A stretch of 64,000 nucleotides of DNA, from assembly GCA_002269645.1 (NCBI GenBank), contig NIVC01001859.1:58444-122443 (forward strand). The letters run 5' to 3'. The translations under genes and the position numbers were made by a program. The notes below the pieces were generated by a model. It was not told where the DNA came from. It ran no database searches and saw only the letters and a program-made list of their open reading frames with translations. The stretch is from Macrostomum lignano (lineage: Eukaryota). Positions 24,165-37,904 of this stretch are shown one piece after another (the stretch's first letter is position 1; every line of letters begins with the position of its first letter).

Positions 24165-24965
24165 ATGACTCATTATTATTGTCGACATCCGCTCATTATC
24201 GACTTCAGCTCATTATCGACATCAGCTCATTATCGACTTCAGCTCAATATCGACTTCAGCTCATTATCGACATCGGATCATTATCGACATCGGATCATTA
24301 TCGACATAAGCTCATTTTCGACATCGGATCATTATCGACATCAGCTCATTATCAAAATCAGCTCATTGTCGAAGCTCATTATTGACTTCAGCTCATTGTA
24401 GAAATCAGCTCATTATCTACTTCAGCTCATTATCGACATCAGCTCATTATCGAAGCTCATTATCGACATCAGCTCATTATCGAAGCTCATTATCGACTTC
24501 AGCTCATTATCGACATCAGCTCATTATCGACTTCAGCTCATTATCGACATCGGATCATTATCGACATCGGATCATTATCGACATAAGCTCATTTTCGACA
24601 TCGGATCATTATCGACATCAGCTCATTATCAAAATCAGCTCATTGTCGAAGCTCATTATTGACTTCAGCTCATTGTAGAAATCAGCTCATTATCTACTTC
24701 AGCTCATTATCGACATCAGCTCATTATCGAAGCTCATTATCGACATCAGCTCATTATCGAAGCTCATTATCGACATCCGCTCATTATCTACTTCTGCTCA
24801 TTATCGACTTCAGCTCATTTTAGAAATCAGCTCATTATCTACTTCAGCTCATTATCGACATCCGCTCATTATCTACTTCTGCTCATTTTAGAAATCAGCT
24901 CATTATCAAAATCAGCTTATTGTCGACTTCAACTTATTGAAGTTATTGTCAAAATCGACTCATTT
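24165..24965. repeat. 17-bp minisatellite (TCAGCTCATTATCGACA) with a 277-bp higher-order duplication
   Basis: Variant ACATAAGCTCATTTTCG recurs at 24301 and 24578. Confidence 0.9.
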
Positions 24966-25668
24966 TTTTGATGATTGATACGGAATGCACTGCTGCTCAC
25001 GCAGACTCATCAGTCGTTGGCATTAGCTCACTAATTGAGTCCTGTTTCTAGTAAACTTTTACTTCTTGTTGACTTTGCTTGCTACTGACTGACTGCTACT
25101 GACTTTGAGCATAGTTATACTGTAGGCATATTTCTGAGCATTACAGATATCGACTCGAGATAAGTCTTAGTTAGGCATAATTACAAGCTGCGCTGAGCAG
25201 CAGATGATCGCAGAGCACTGGGCCAGTCAGAGACGGATCTATATTGTCTATAATTCGACTGGGTGAGCATTTATAGTAATTAGCTTGCCGAATAGCTTGC
25301 CGAAGATAGATAAACTCGTTCGAGCTGCGTTGCTTTTGTTGGATATTTAATTAATTACGAGTAAAAGCATTGTTTGTCAAAGGCATTGAATTGAATAAGT
25401 TAACGAACTAATAATCGCGTCTCTTAACAAGTCTGCTATTATGCGTTGTGTGCTGCTCAGAAGCCGCGATTCAGATTCGTAATCTTCAATAGGGGGTTGC
25501 ATTGTTCACTATTGTATTGTATTGTAGCGAAGGCCTTTGTGCAAATCTTCATTTAATCTTCTTTAAATTAAATAGAGTTGTGAAATAAATTCAGATTTTT
25601 AACGCGTGATGCGTGAAGTGTAAAGGGATCACCTCAAACTGGAGTGTTAATGCTGCTTTAGGTAGCTT

Positions 25669-25669
25669 G

Positions 25670-25763
<94 letters not shown>

Positions 25764-25764
25764 C

Positions 25765-25823
<59 letters not shown>

Positions 25824-25840
25824 CATTTATCCATCTATCT
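25669..25840. repeat. (CTAT)n microsatellite
   Basis: Direct reading. Confidence 0.95.
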
Positions 25841-26191
25841 ATGTATCAGTCATATAGAATTATGATAAATTTTCGTAGAAAATCATTTACTAATCTAGAA
25901 TGTAGCTTGCAGCAGCTACTTACGAGTATATAGTGCAATGCATGCACCGTAGTTTATCTTCTCTCTTATTAGTGCACATTCGCTTTCACAATTATTAACT
26001 GGTCCCAGGCATCTGCCTGTTCTGTTTGATTGCCAAAGAGCTGTACAGTCGGCAGCGCTGGCCTTGTCGGATCTGAATTGATCACTGAGCTGTGCTATTT
26101 CCCAGAGCAGGTATATTTGTCTACTGCACTAGACTGCACTGGGGATGCGCGCTAATGCACTAGCCGGCCTGCTGTTGGACAGAGACATGAT

Positions 26192-26252
26192 CCAATGAGA
26201 TGAAGCAGTGGCTTTACTGCAGTTTCCAGTCCCATCTAAACTTTATATAAAA
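26192..26252 (+). promoter_or_regulatory. Putative CCAAT (26192) and TATA box (TATATAAAA, 26244-26252) of the GPCR gene
   Basis: Motifs ~110-170 nt upstream of ATG 26364; position-based inference only. Confidence 0.4.
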
Positions 26253-26363
26253 GTCCCATCCGGCTGACAGCTTTTGTTGCCTTCATCAATAAACTTGCCA
26301 CTTCAATCGTCTGCTTTATTGCATCTTGTCGAAACATCCGGCTTTAAAACCGAAAGCTTATCA

Positions 26364-29300
26364 ATGGATACTAACTTTACGCTCGAAAACTCGACTGCCG
26401 ACTCGCAACAACAGCAGCCTCAGTATCTGCTGATCCAAGCCTTCAGCGTGATTCTTAAAACTAGCACAATAGTCTCTGGACTGGGCATTGCTATCAATCT
26501 GATTAATTTCTGTGTATTCTGCAACAGTCCGGTACGCAAGCACTATCTCTCCCGCGTGCTTCGCCTGTTGTCCGCTGTCGATCTTCTGCTATTATTTAGC
26601 TACCTTCTTACCGGCCTCACCCAGCTACACGATAGTCACCTGCTCAGCTGCTACATGATTACTTATTCCTACAGCCTGTTGACTTTCCTTAGTCCTTGGC
26701 TTATAATTGGTCTCAGTCTAGACCGGTTCCTGTGCATCAGTTTGCCTCATTGCTATACTAGGCGTATAGCTGAACAGAAAGCTCGACACCTTATACTGAC
26801 TGTGCTGCTCTTAGGCCTACTCTGGAGCTGTCACGTGTTCGTATTGATCGACTACAAACCCGAGCCGATACTTTCAAAAGGTCATTTTTGTCGAATTCGA
26901 GCGCAACGAATCGCTTGGTCAGTGGCGGATAGCATTATTACCGCTTTGCTACCTGGCCTACTAGTCAGCCTAATGAACATCTACATCTGTTGGGCTGTGC
27001 GATCTTTCTATCACAGAGTTCGTTACGGCAATTCTAATCCACTAGCCTCTGGCAATAATAACGCATTAGAGATTGAGGAGGCTGTTCAATTGTCTGCAGT
27101 TGATCAAGCTCAAGCGGTCTCTTCCTTAGACGCATCGTCCAGTACTAATAATACAGCCAAAGATTCCGATTGCGTTCGACTGCCGTTGCACTGCGGCCAG
27201 CCGCCTGAACCGATTTACGCCAATGGAAATGCTGATGAGGTACTCTTTGAGCTGTGTTTAACTACTTTCGTTGATGACTTCCAAGTCAATTTTAGCTTAC
27301 ACTTGGTTAGTTAGAGTTGGTTAGAGTTGTTATTAAGGAAACTAGGGGTTGTAGCCTAGTGGTCAGAGCGTCGGACTTGAAGGTCGAGGGTTCGATTCTC
27401 GATCCACTCGGAACAATTTGTGTCCTTGAGCAAGACACTTAACTCTCTGCATTGCTTCAGTTCACCCAGCTGTAAAATGGGTTCCAGCATTAGCTGCGGT
27501 AATTGAGGGTGCGTGTGGCGACCCCCCCCCCCCACCAGTCCTTGGACTGAACAGCCGTACGCAGCCTTCAGATGCGCCGCGCAATAGCTGCGGCTGAGCT
27601 GTCGGTTATCAATTCAATCAACTCATATCAATTCAATTAAGGCAGCTAAGACAGACTTCAAAGCTACTTCCGGCCTGATGATTGGCCACTATACGCTCGT
27701 ATTTGTAGCTTTTAATTTAAATGCTTTAAATTCTTCTATAATTGTATCTGCGTTTTAGCAGATAATAGCTGTATGGAATAGGAACAGAGTTTTCGGGTCG
27801 TGTATTTATTTAGCAGAACGTGACACATGACTCTCGTGAAAAAAATCTTGGTTCAAGAAGAAATTTCTTAAGGTTGCAGGCTTGTGCATGTAAAAAAAAC
27901 ACGTAATTGAAGTTTAGCAATAACAACCTGCATTGCTTTGCTGCGGTAAATCCTAGTGCAGGTAATTTAAACATTTCGCTTTCAATTCTGACCTCCTTAA
28001 ACCTTGTATAAACAAAGTCCTGAGACTCTTAAATATATTCCAATATTGTGCGTGTCATTTTGACTGCTTCCTACTCCCTAAAGTCGATGTTATTCCTGAA
28101 CCCTGCTGAATGCGACCTTTGGAGGCTTTGCCGCAACATTGGTAGCTTTGCATTGGCGTCATGTGTTCTAAAAATCGTTGGTTATATTTGAATACAACAC
28201 GCTTGAAAGTTGTAAAAGACAGACGAGAGAGACTATAAAGCGATTTCCTTGTAACAACATTTCCAAATCTTGTGTATGCAAGTCGTGACTTAAGCCGGTT
28301 TTATCGAATGCATAGTTACCTCTAAATGCGAGTCTGATTTTCCCATTCATTTGAAAGGCTGGGCCATGGGAATTCCCACGGGCAGTTGCTGCGCTCTTAT
28401 AGTTGCAACCTTCATTGCTTTAGGTATTGTGGGCATATTTGTTTTCAAATTTATAGGACAATGCATGTAAAACTACTGCTAGTATGCGAGACTAAAATTT
28501 TCCGATGCGAAAAAAACATTGTGTAGCATCCCGTAAGTTTTCGATTTTTGAAAGTCAAAAATGTAGAAAAAATACTTGAATATTACTCCACTAGCAACCT
28601 TAGCCATGTTGGCAAAGCTCAGATAATCAGTTAGCTTTCCTTGCATTAGGCATTGTAATACGATCCATCCTTTGCTAAGAAGATATTTATTAGCTTCTCT
28701 CTGTCTGCATCGCTACCATCCGCAGCATAATATTTTGTGAAACAACCCGCTCAACACCAAGATTCAAAAGCTTTGACAGAGTTCTTCAAATCAAACGTTT
28801 GTTTTATGGCTTCCACTCCTTCCTTTTAAATGTACACCCGGGCCTTGTTTTATGACTTCCACTCCTTCCTTTTAAATGTACACCCGGGGCCTTGTTTTAT
28901 GGCTTCCATTCGTTCTTTTTAAATGTACACCCGGGGCCTTGTTTTGTGGCTTCCCTCGTCCCTTTTAAATGTACACCCAGGGCTTAGTTTTATGGCTTCC
29001 TCTCGTCCCTTTTAAATGTACACCCAGGGTCTAGTTTTATGGCTTCCTCTCGTCCCTTTTAAATGTACACCCAGGGCTTAGTTTTATGGCTTCCTCTCGT
29101 CCCTTTTAAATGTACACCCAGGGCCTAGTTTTATGGCTTCCTCTCGTCCCTTTTAAATGTACACCCAGGGCTTAGTTTTATGGCTTCCTCTCGTCCCTTT
29201 TAAATGTACACCCAGGGCCTAGTTTTATGGCTTCTACTCGTTTCTTTTAAATGTAGATAGATACCCTACTGACTCTAGTCTTTCACTTGTCGGTGTATTT

Positions 29301-29734
29301 GGAATCTCAACTGTACATCTATCGCCTAACCGACACCCTATCGCGTCTCTCCTTATCAGGTTCCAGTCGCCTGCGACAATAACAACGCCAATCTGCATTG
29401 GGCCGGCTGTTTGAACGATTTAATGCGCCAGCAGTACCACATCACAAGAATGCTGCTAATCTTCTGCGTAGCCTATCTGGCGTTGAGCCTGCCGCACTAC
29501 ATCTGCCTATTGTCCGCCCTAATTAAGTTTCCCCACGATCAGCAACATATTGAAGCATTCAATTTGGCCAGGTCTATCGCTCAATTGTTGTACTTTGCTC
29601 ATTTCTCTACTAATTCGTTGATTTATGCCTATGCTAATAAGCAGTACCGCGTGGCGTTCACCAGATTTCTACGGAAAATCGGGCGCTGTCTCACCTTCGG
29701 TCAGTGCTGTCAGGAATTCGAATTTGCCGCTTGA
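26364..29734 (+). CDS. Class A (rhodopsin-family) GPCR, neuropeptide-receptor-like, ~416 aa
   Basis: Exons 26364-27239 and 29360-29734 (phase 0). TM1 GLGIAINLINF, TM2 LSAVDLLLL, TM3 LSLDRFLCI (DRY-like), TM5 LLPGLLVSLMN; exon 2 supplies TM6 (ITRMLLIF..SLPHY) and TM7 (NSLIYAY). Confidence 0.88.
27345..27636 (+). mobile_element. tRNA-derived SINE family A with CORE-like domain
   Basis: A box TAGCCTAGTGG, B box GGTTCGATTC, then TGTGTCCTTGAGCAAGACACTTAAC...CAGCTGTAAAATGGG (CORE-like); TCAAT tail; degenerate TSD TTAAGGAAACTA/TTAAGGCAGCTA; second copy at 62690-62996. Confidence 0.85.
28795..29255. repeat. 47-bp minisatellite in the GPCR intron
   Basis: Unit TTTTATGGCTTCCTCTCGTCCCTTTTAAATGTACACCCAGGGCTTAG. 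Confidence 0.93.
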
Positions 29735-30585
29735 TCCTAAATGATCATAAATCACTCTCTGAATCATGATGAATCACTCTGAATCATCCTGAATTACCCT
29801 CTCAATCATCCTGAATCACTCTCGGAATCATCAAAAATCACTCTCTGAATCATTATAAATCGCCCTCTGAATCATCCTGAATTACTCTCGGAATCATCAA
29901 AAATCACTCTCTGAATCATCATAAATTGCTCTCTGAATCATCCTAAATCACCCTTTGAATCACCCTCTGAATCATACTCTGAATCACACTCTGAATCATC
30001 CTGAATCACCGTCTGAATCATCCTGAATCACCCTTTGAATCATCCTGAACCACCCTCTGAATCATACTCTGAATCACACTCTAAATCATCCTGAATCACC
30101 GTCTGAATCATCCTGAATCACCGTCTGAATCATCCTGAATCACCGTCTGAATCATCCTGAATCACCTCTGAATCATCCTGAATCACCGTCTGAATCACCC
30201 TGAATCACCGTCTGAATCATCCTGAATCACCTCTGAATCGTCCTGAATCACCTCTGAATCATCCTGAATCACCGTCTGAATCACCCTGAATCACCGTCTG
30301 AATCATCCTGAATCACTCTCTGAATCATCCTGAATCACCCTTTAAATCATCCTGAATCACCCTCTAAATCATCCTGAATCACCCTCTGAATCATCGTGAA
30401 TCACAATCACCCTCTGAATCATCCTGAATCACCCTCTGAATCATCCTGAATCACCCTTTAAATCATCCTGAATCACCCTCTAAATCATCCTGAATCACCC
30501 TCTGAATCATCGTGAATCACAATCACCCTCTGAATCATCATAAATCACCCTCTGAATCATCATAAATCACTTTCTGAATCATCGT
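29735..30585. repeat. CTGAATCATC/CTGAATCACC degenerate satellite starting right after the GPCR stop
   Basis: Direct reading. Confidence 0.9.
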
Positions 30586-31293
30586 GCCATCGCGGCCAAG
30601 TCATGCCAAGAATCGCCACCCTGATTCGTTCTAAAATCGTCCAATAAATCATCTTAATATCGTCTGAGTCGTCTCAGAAATCGACAAAACTAGTTCTCGT
30701 AAAATCGCATTGAATCAAAGACTCAGCCATAATGATGTTATGATGGTGCAGTAATCTTGGCCAGTATGAATTATGTTTTGTTGTTGGGATTTTCAAGAAG
30801 AAATTTTTTACTTAAAACAAAATTTCATGTTATTGCATAGATTAACAAAGTTAGTTATTTTTTTAATTTGACTAATTTTTCTTAGAACAGGCTTGTACTA
30901 ACTTGTAGTAAGAAGATAAATAATGTAGGAATGTATTGAGATTTAAAAGTTTATTATTTCCTAATCAATAGTGAAATAATCTGGTTGTTTTTAAATCTCA
31001 TTAATAATTTATTCCTAGATATAGTTATTATGCTTGTCTACTGTACTGGCTTAAGCTTTAGTTAATCGCATAACTAGTTCCAGTTGAGTGCTTTTTGTCT
31101 GCTTTTTCATTGTCGTTTTTTCCCTAGAATATTTTGTATGCTTTGATGAGTAAAAGTAAGAGCCAGCTTTTGTATAAATAAAATAAAGTAAATGCCATCT
31201 TTAATGTATGCTTTTTGTTATGCTTGCAATCATCAAGTTATTGTTCATTAATTATTTTTCATAGTAATTATGCTGTTGACAAACATGAAGTAC

Positions 31294-31562
31294 TTTTTTG
31301 CCCTGAGCAGGCACACAAGCGCGCGGATACGTACGCAGGCACACACTCACACAGGAGTGTACAGCGGCCCTAACTTTATATTATCGTTAGGCATGTACAC
31401 TTCACTGCGCCTTGGGGGGTTGGCTCTCAAGGCCGTTAATTGCACGAGCAGAGCCAAGCCGAGATTCCAATTCAGCCCCAAATTAATGTGACTGCACTTG
31501 GAATCGAGCCTGGGTCGCTGGCACACCAGAGCAGCTGCGCTACCGCTTGGCTACGGCTCCCC
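31294..31562 (-). mobile_element. tRNA-derived SINE family B (3' segment deleted)
   Basis: - strand begins GGGGAGCCGTAGCCAAGCGG (A box) ... GGCTCGATTCC (B box); near-identical to 49721-50086. Confidence 0.85.
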
Positions 31563-31889
31563 TTAGCATAAAGTTACTTATTAAATAGGCTATACATTAT
31601 TAGTAAGACTTTCTGACCGTAATTATGGCTCTTTTGGGATGGACAGAATCCAAATTGATAGCTTACTTCTTTTAAGCTGCTTTGCTAGTTCTGGGCCAAA
31701 ACTGCGCGTTCCGTTCTTTGATTTGTGCATCATCCCTCTCTCATTTGCCTCACAACTCGCACTGTCATAAATCTCCCAACTCACATTTCTCTCTTAACTT
31801 CACCTCCCGCATCTCTTGTCTCCAACCTCGCGTCCCCAGTCTCATGTTCTTCAATCTCACGTATCTATAGACTTGCGTCTCTAATCTCA

Positions 31890-32280
31890 CTTTATCCAAT
31901 CCCACGTCTCCAGTCTCGCGTGTCTCAAATCTCTCACGTCTCTCCACTCTCACGTCTCTCCACTCTCACGTCTCTCCATTCTCACGTCTCTCCACTCTCA
32001 CGTCTCTCCAGTTTCACGTCTCTCCAATCTCCTGTCTCCACTCTCACGTCTCTCCAAGCTCCCTTCTCCACTCTCACGTCTCTCCAATCTCACGTCACTT
32101 CAATCTTCCGTCTCTCCAGTCTCGCATCCCTCCAATCTCACGTCTGTCCAATCTCACGTCTGTCCAATCTCACGTCTGTCCAATCTCACGTCTCCAATCT
32201 CGCATCTTTCCAATCTCACGTCTCCAATCTCGCGTCTCTCCAATCTCACGTCTCCAATCTCGCGTCTATTCAATCTCGTC
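31890..32280. repeat. 14-bp minisatellite (TCTCCAATCTCACG) upstream of SF3A1
   Basis: Direct reading. Confidence 0.88.
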
Positions 32281-32430
32281 AGCCCTCTCTATTTGCTTCC
32301 TTAACTTTCATTTCTATGTCTCTCCCCTCGCTTCTCTGCCCCTCAGTTTACTTGGTGTTATTTCAATTTAATATTTGCAAAGTTTTATCGCTGCACGCAC
32401 AATGCACTTCCTGCCCCCAACTCGGCAAGC

Positions 32431-35400
32431 ATGTCTTCTACAACTCTGCTTCAAGAGCAAGCAAAAGAAATTGCCGCAGCTTTAGCCAATGCCGGCACAA
32501 ACGGGTCAAATGGCGCTACAGGTGCCGATTCCCAGCAGGCCGGTGATTCTGCCGACTCCAACCAGCAGAACGCTTCGGACGAGGCTCAGAAGCCTGTAGT
32601 TGGCATCATCTATCCTCCGCCGGAGGTGCGCAACATTGTTGACAAAACTGCCTCGTTTGTCGCTCGCAATGGTCCCGAGTTCGAGGCCCGTATTCGGCAG
32701 AACGAAATCTCCAATGCGAAATTTAATTTCCTAAATCCGTCGGATCCGTATCACGCCTACTATAGGCAGAAGGTCACCGATTTTTCCGAGGGTCGCGCGC
32801 AAGAATCCGACGCGCTGAAAGTTTCCGCGCCTAGCGCCGCCCGGGCGCCTGGCGCCGAAGCTGACGTGCAGAAGAAGCTAGCCGAACAGTTCCAACCGAA
32901 AGAGCCGCCGCCTGAGTTCGAATTCTCGGCCGAGCCAACCAGCATCAATGCTATGGAATTGGATATTGTTCGGATCGCTGCCCAGTTTGTAGCTAGAAAT
33001 GGCCGGCAGTTCCTGACTCAATTGATGCTCAGAGAGCAGAGAAATCCACAGTTTGATTTTCTACGCCCGCAGCACTCGCTGTTCTCATATTTCACTAAGC
33101 TAGTTGAGCAGTACACTAAAGTGCTCATTCCGCCAAAAGATTTGCTGTCAAAATTGGCTAAAGACGCTGTCAGCTCGGAGGAGGTGCTCAAGCAGGCCAA
33201 GTACCGTCTGGACTGGGAGCGGTGGCAGGATAGGGAGAAGAGACTCGAACAGGAGGCTGTCGAACGTGAACGGCTGGCCTACGCGCAGATTGACTGGCAC
33301 GATTTTGTTATCGTGGAATCGGTGGATTTCCAGGTGAACAGGCGGCTTATTGAATCTGTTCTTGGCTTAGGGCTCAGAGATTAGGGTATTAGGGTATTAA
33401 AGTGGAGGGAGTGGAGATTAGGGTATTAGAGTATTAGATAGAGTAGAGGGAATGGCGATTAGTGTACTACGGTATTAGGGTAGAGGGAGTGGAGATTAGG
33501 GTATTAGAGTAGAAGGAATGGAGATTAGTGTACTACGGTATTAGGGTAGAGGGAGTGGAGATTAGGGTATTAGAGTATTAGAGTAGAGGGAATGGAGATT
33601 AAGGTATTAGAGTAGAGGGAGTGGAGATTAGGGTATTAGAGTAGAGGGAGTGGAGATTAGGGTATTAGAGTAGAGGGAGTGGAGATTAAGGTATTAGAGT
33701 AGAGGGAGTGGAGATTAGGGTATTAGAGTAGAGGGAGTGGAGATTAGGGTATTAGAGTAGAGGGAGTGGAGATTAGGGTATTAGAGTAGAGGGAGTGGAG
33801 ATTAGGGTATTAGGGTAGAGGGAGTGGAGATTAGGGTATTAGGGTAGAGGGAGTGGAGATTAGGGTATTAGAGTAGAGGGAGTGGATATTAGGGTATTAG
33901 AGTAGAGGGATTGGAGATTAGGGTATTAGAGTAGAGGGATTGGAGATTAGGGTATTAGAGTAGAGGGAGTGGAGATTAGGGTAGAGGGATAGGAGATTAT
34001 GCTTCAGAGGCCATGCTTCAAGATAGTCGAGACGAGACTAATACAAGGACTGGGACGGAGGAGAGATTAGAATATAATGAAGCGAATTAAAATCCCCACC
34101 GCCCTACGCATTCCACATTGCAGCCGCACGAAACCGGAAATTTCCCTCCGCCGACAACGCCAGAGGAGGTCGGCAAGCGGATGCTGTTAGAGAAACGCGG
34201 CGTGGACATCACTGTGCCGCAGGCGCAACAGCAGAAGCAGCCGCCGTCTGCGGATGGCGAGACTCAGCAGCCGGACGTTGATCTCGATCGCGACGACTCG
34301 GACGAAACTGCCGCCGCCGGGGAAGTCGGGGAAGATGCGGCCGGTGGTACGCCGAAGGAGCCGGCAACTAAGAACTCGGCCGCTATGCCACCGCCGCCTC
34401 CGCCGCCGCCGCCGCCGCCACCGCCGCCGCCTGCGACCTCGGCCGGCCCAATCCCCGGCCAGGCTCCCGTAGTCGTGCGCAACTACGATCCCAAAGCCAA
34501 TCCGTCCGGCCGGCCGAAGGACGCGTCCAGCTCGCACTACCTGGTGTCGCCAATCACCGGGGAACGCATACCGGACTCCGAGGTCGGCAAGCACGTGCAC
34601 ATCGGCCTGCTCAATCGGCAGTGGCGGGAGCAGCGCGATCGCGAAGCCGCCGAGCGAGCCAAAGGCGATGCCGTCTACACGCCGGGCGTCGGTGTCGCCG
34701 TGGATGACACGCTCAAGCAGCTCGCCGAGCGCCGCACGGACATCTTCGGCGTTGGCCAGGAGGAGACGCTGATCGGGCGGAAGATCCAGCCAGTGAGCGA
34801 TGACCAGACTGAGGATTCCCAATCGGCCACTTCGACGGCCTCCGCCGCTTCCACCGCTGCCGCGTCTGCTACAACAGCAACTTCATCTACTGCCTCTTCG
34901 ACAACTTCTTCGGCTAGTTCGCAGCCGCCGCCGCCGCCTCCTTCGCAGGTGCCCATCGGGAAGGCTGTATCGACGCAGCCGCTGCAGCAGCCTGCGGCGC
35001 CAAGGCCCATCGCTATGCCGGCCCAGCAGCTGCATCCGCCGGCGCCGCCTCAGCATCTTCATCCTCATCCTCACGCTCCTCACTTCACTCAGCAGCAGCC
35101 GTTTCAGCCGCCTGGCATCGGCCGGCCCCTGATGATGTTGCAGCCTCCTCAGCATCCGCCCGGCATTGGCGCTGGGAGCCATCATTTCGCTGGCGGCCTC
35201 CTGCCGCCGGGCGGAGCTCCACCGCAGTCGGCGCTGCTGCCGCCGGTTGCCGTTTTCGTGTCGACGGCGTCGGCCACCACGACGGCTTCGTCGGCGGCAG
35301 CGTCAGACGAGCCGCCGGCTAAGCGAGCTCGCACCGAGGCGGACCTGATGCCCGAGGATGCGTTTCTGCGCACCCAGCCGCAGGGCGCCGCCACGGTCCG

Positions 35401-35659
35401 GGTGGCGGCTCCGAGCCATCCGGACCGGCCGGAGTTGGGCCTGACCGGGCAGACCCTCACCCTCAGCCTGCCGCTCACCTCTTCTGTAGCCAGCTTGAAA
35501 TCGGCCATAGCCGACGCCTGCAAGCTGCCGGTGGCTAAACAGAAACTCAGCATCGACGGTCTTTTTATGAAGGACGCGAACTCGTTGGCTTATTATAATG
35601 TTACAGCCCAGACGCCTGTCTCGCTGCAGTTGAAGGAGCGCGGCGGTAGAAAGAAGTAA
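32431..35659 (+). CDS. SF3A1: Splicing factor 3A subunit 1 (Prp21), ~812 aa
   Basis: Exons 32431-33333 and 34124-35659. Two SURP domains (GIIYPPPEVRNIVDKTASFVARNGPEFE; AQFVARNGRQFL), AQIDWHDFV, GNFPPPTTPEE, LAERRTDIFG and a C-terminal ubiquitin-like domain ending KERGGRKK. Confidence 0.97.
33378..33995. repeat. 29-bp TTAGGG-containing minisatellite filling the SF3A1 intron
   Basis: Unit GAGTGGAGATTAGGGTATTAGAGTAGAGG. Confidence 0.93.
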
Positions 35660-35769
35660 CAAGTTTATTAATGACTAAGGATTTATTCTCTTTTCTCTCA
35701 CTGAACTCGTTTTTATAAGCTGTTCCGCTTAGCTTAGTTTAATTTAAATAACTTTGTTTTTGGGGGGAA

Positions 35770-36195
35770 ACGGCCATTTTAAGAGTTAATAAAAAGACAA
35801 ACAAAACAGATGTAAATCGCCTTTCTTTGTAGCTAATATAACGACAAGCACAAAAGTCGTAAAACGGCCCTTTTAAGAGCTAGTAGAAAGACAACTGTAA
35901 TAGTTTTGAAACGGACCTTTTAAGGGCTAGTAGAAAGACAACTGTAATAGTTGTGAAACGGCCCTTTTAAATAGTAGTAGAAAGACAACCGTAATAGTTG
36001 TAAAACAGCCCTTTTAAAGGCTAGTGAGAAACAACTGTAAAAGGCCCTTTCAGGGCTAAAAAAAGATAAGCATAACAGTTGTAAAAGGGCCCATTTTAAG
36101 GGCTTATTGAATTAAAACTGTTAAGAAAATTTTTAAACATTGTTTAAAAGACAAATATGCTTGAAGTGTCGGAAAACGGCCCTTTTCGGGTCTGT
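35770..36195. repeat. Degenerate ~47-bp repeat (AAACGGCCCTTTTAAG...) downstream of the SF3A1 stop
   Basis: Direct reading. Confidence 0.7.
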
Positions 36196-36689
36196 AAAAG
36201 CGAAAGTCCTTACCCGACTCAATGTTTAAACCAATAAACTTGTATATTTTGAGTCATTCAAGGTAGCAATAAAGTAAAAGTAAACTGATAAAATTTACCC
36301 AAGGTTTTAAAACATTTTATCCAATTTGAGAGAACTTTCAAAAGGTAGACGTAATATCGTCAACTATACTTGTTTAGCAATTATTCTCTCTTTTGTTTAA
36401 TTCTGAATCCGATGTATGTATGCATTGTCTAATCATCGGAAACTGTTTAAAAATAAAAAATAAACATTTGCTTCTCTATTGCAGGTACAGCAGCTTTGAA
36501 GTTATTAAGTTTCTGCTGTATTATGCCACGTGTAATGAGTACAATTAAAATGTGGGATTGGATCTTATTCTTATTCTGTCAGTTTAATTTCAATGGCAGT
36601 GTAAAGCATAAAGCAGTGTAAATTCTTGTTACTTGGTAGCTGGGGAAGAGTACAGGTAGAGTACTGCCAAACGGTAAGCCTAATAGTGA

Positions 36690-37450
36690 TAAAAAAATTC
36701 CCTCCGTTTAAACGCAAGATTTTCCACCTCAGCAAATGAGGTTTGCAAGTTTTCAATAATGGAGGGAAAGATTCTCTTTTCAGCAAGTGGAAAATTCTCC
36801 CCTCAACAAATAAGAAATCCCCCCCTCTAGAAAGCGGAAAATTCTCCCTTCAGCGAGTGCAAAATTCCCCTCTCAGCAAGTAGAAATCCCACCTCAGAAA
36901 GTGAAAGACTCCCTCTTAGCAACAGGAAAATTCTCCCCTCAAAAAGTGAAAAATTTCCTCTTAGCAACAGGAAAATTCTCCCCTCAGAAAGTGGAAAATT
37001 TCCTCTTAGCAACAGGAAAATTCTCCCCTCAGAAAGTGGAAAATTTCCTCTTAGCAACAGGAAAATTCTCCCCTCAGAAAGTGGAAAATTTCCTCTTAGC
37101 AACAGGAAAATTCTCCCTCAGAAAGTGGAAAATTTCCTCTTAGCAACAGGAAAATTCTCCCCTCAGAAAGTGGAAAATTTCCTCTTAGCAACAGGAAAAT
37201 TCTCCCCTCAGAAAGTGGAAAATTTCCTCTTAGCAACAGGAAAATTCTGCCCTCAGAAAGTGGAAAATTTCCTCTTAGCAACAGGAAAATTCTGCCCTCA
37301 GAAAGTGGAAAATTTCCTCTTAGCAACAGGAAAATTCTCCCCTCAGAAAGTGGAAAATTTCCTCTTAGCAACAGGAAAATTCTCCCCTCAGAAAGTGGAA
37401 AATTTCCTCTTAGCAACAGGAAAATTCTCCCCTCAAAAAGTCCCCTCAGT
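36690..37450. repeat. 45-bp minisatellite (TTAGCAACAGGAAAATTCTCCCCTCAGAAAGTGGAAAATTTCCTC)
   Basis: Direct reading. Confidence 0.95.
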
Positions 37451-37904
37451 AAGTCAAAAATGCTCTCCACAGAGGGTAAAAGCCTCTTTCTCTGGTAACT
37501 GAAAAAGCTAGCCAGTTTGTTAATTAGGAATCGTTCATTTGTCAAATGTAGAGGGCAGATAAACTACTGGCAAGCGTCTGTGCCTAAGTGCTTAATTACT
37601 TACTTAATTCGCAATGACACAAAGATTACCATATTCCGATCCATCTGCTTTCAAGGTTGATTTACCTGACGCACTCAGTAATTAATTTTCATGAATTAAT
37701 TTTTCCCTACCCTAATCTGATCGTCAGGTTCGTGGACAACATTTTCCCATATTAGTCTTAATCTCATTCAACCCAGTTCCAGTAATTCTTACTATGCATC
37801 ATGTGTTATGCAAATAGATTTTGTGCGTGTTTCATGTTTCATGTTTCATGTTTTAAGTGTCGGTTCAAACGTCGGCAAGTCACACTTGAAGGAGGAGACT
37901 CCTT

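Noticed and set aside
34187-35662. Antisense and alternate-frame ORFs over SF3A1 (also over TARBP1 and the LRR gene)
   Set aside because: Shadow ORFs of GC-rich coding sequence.
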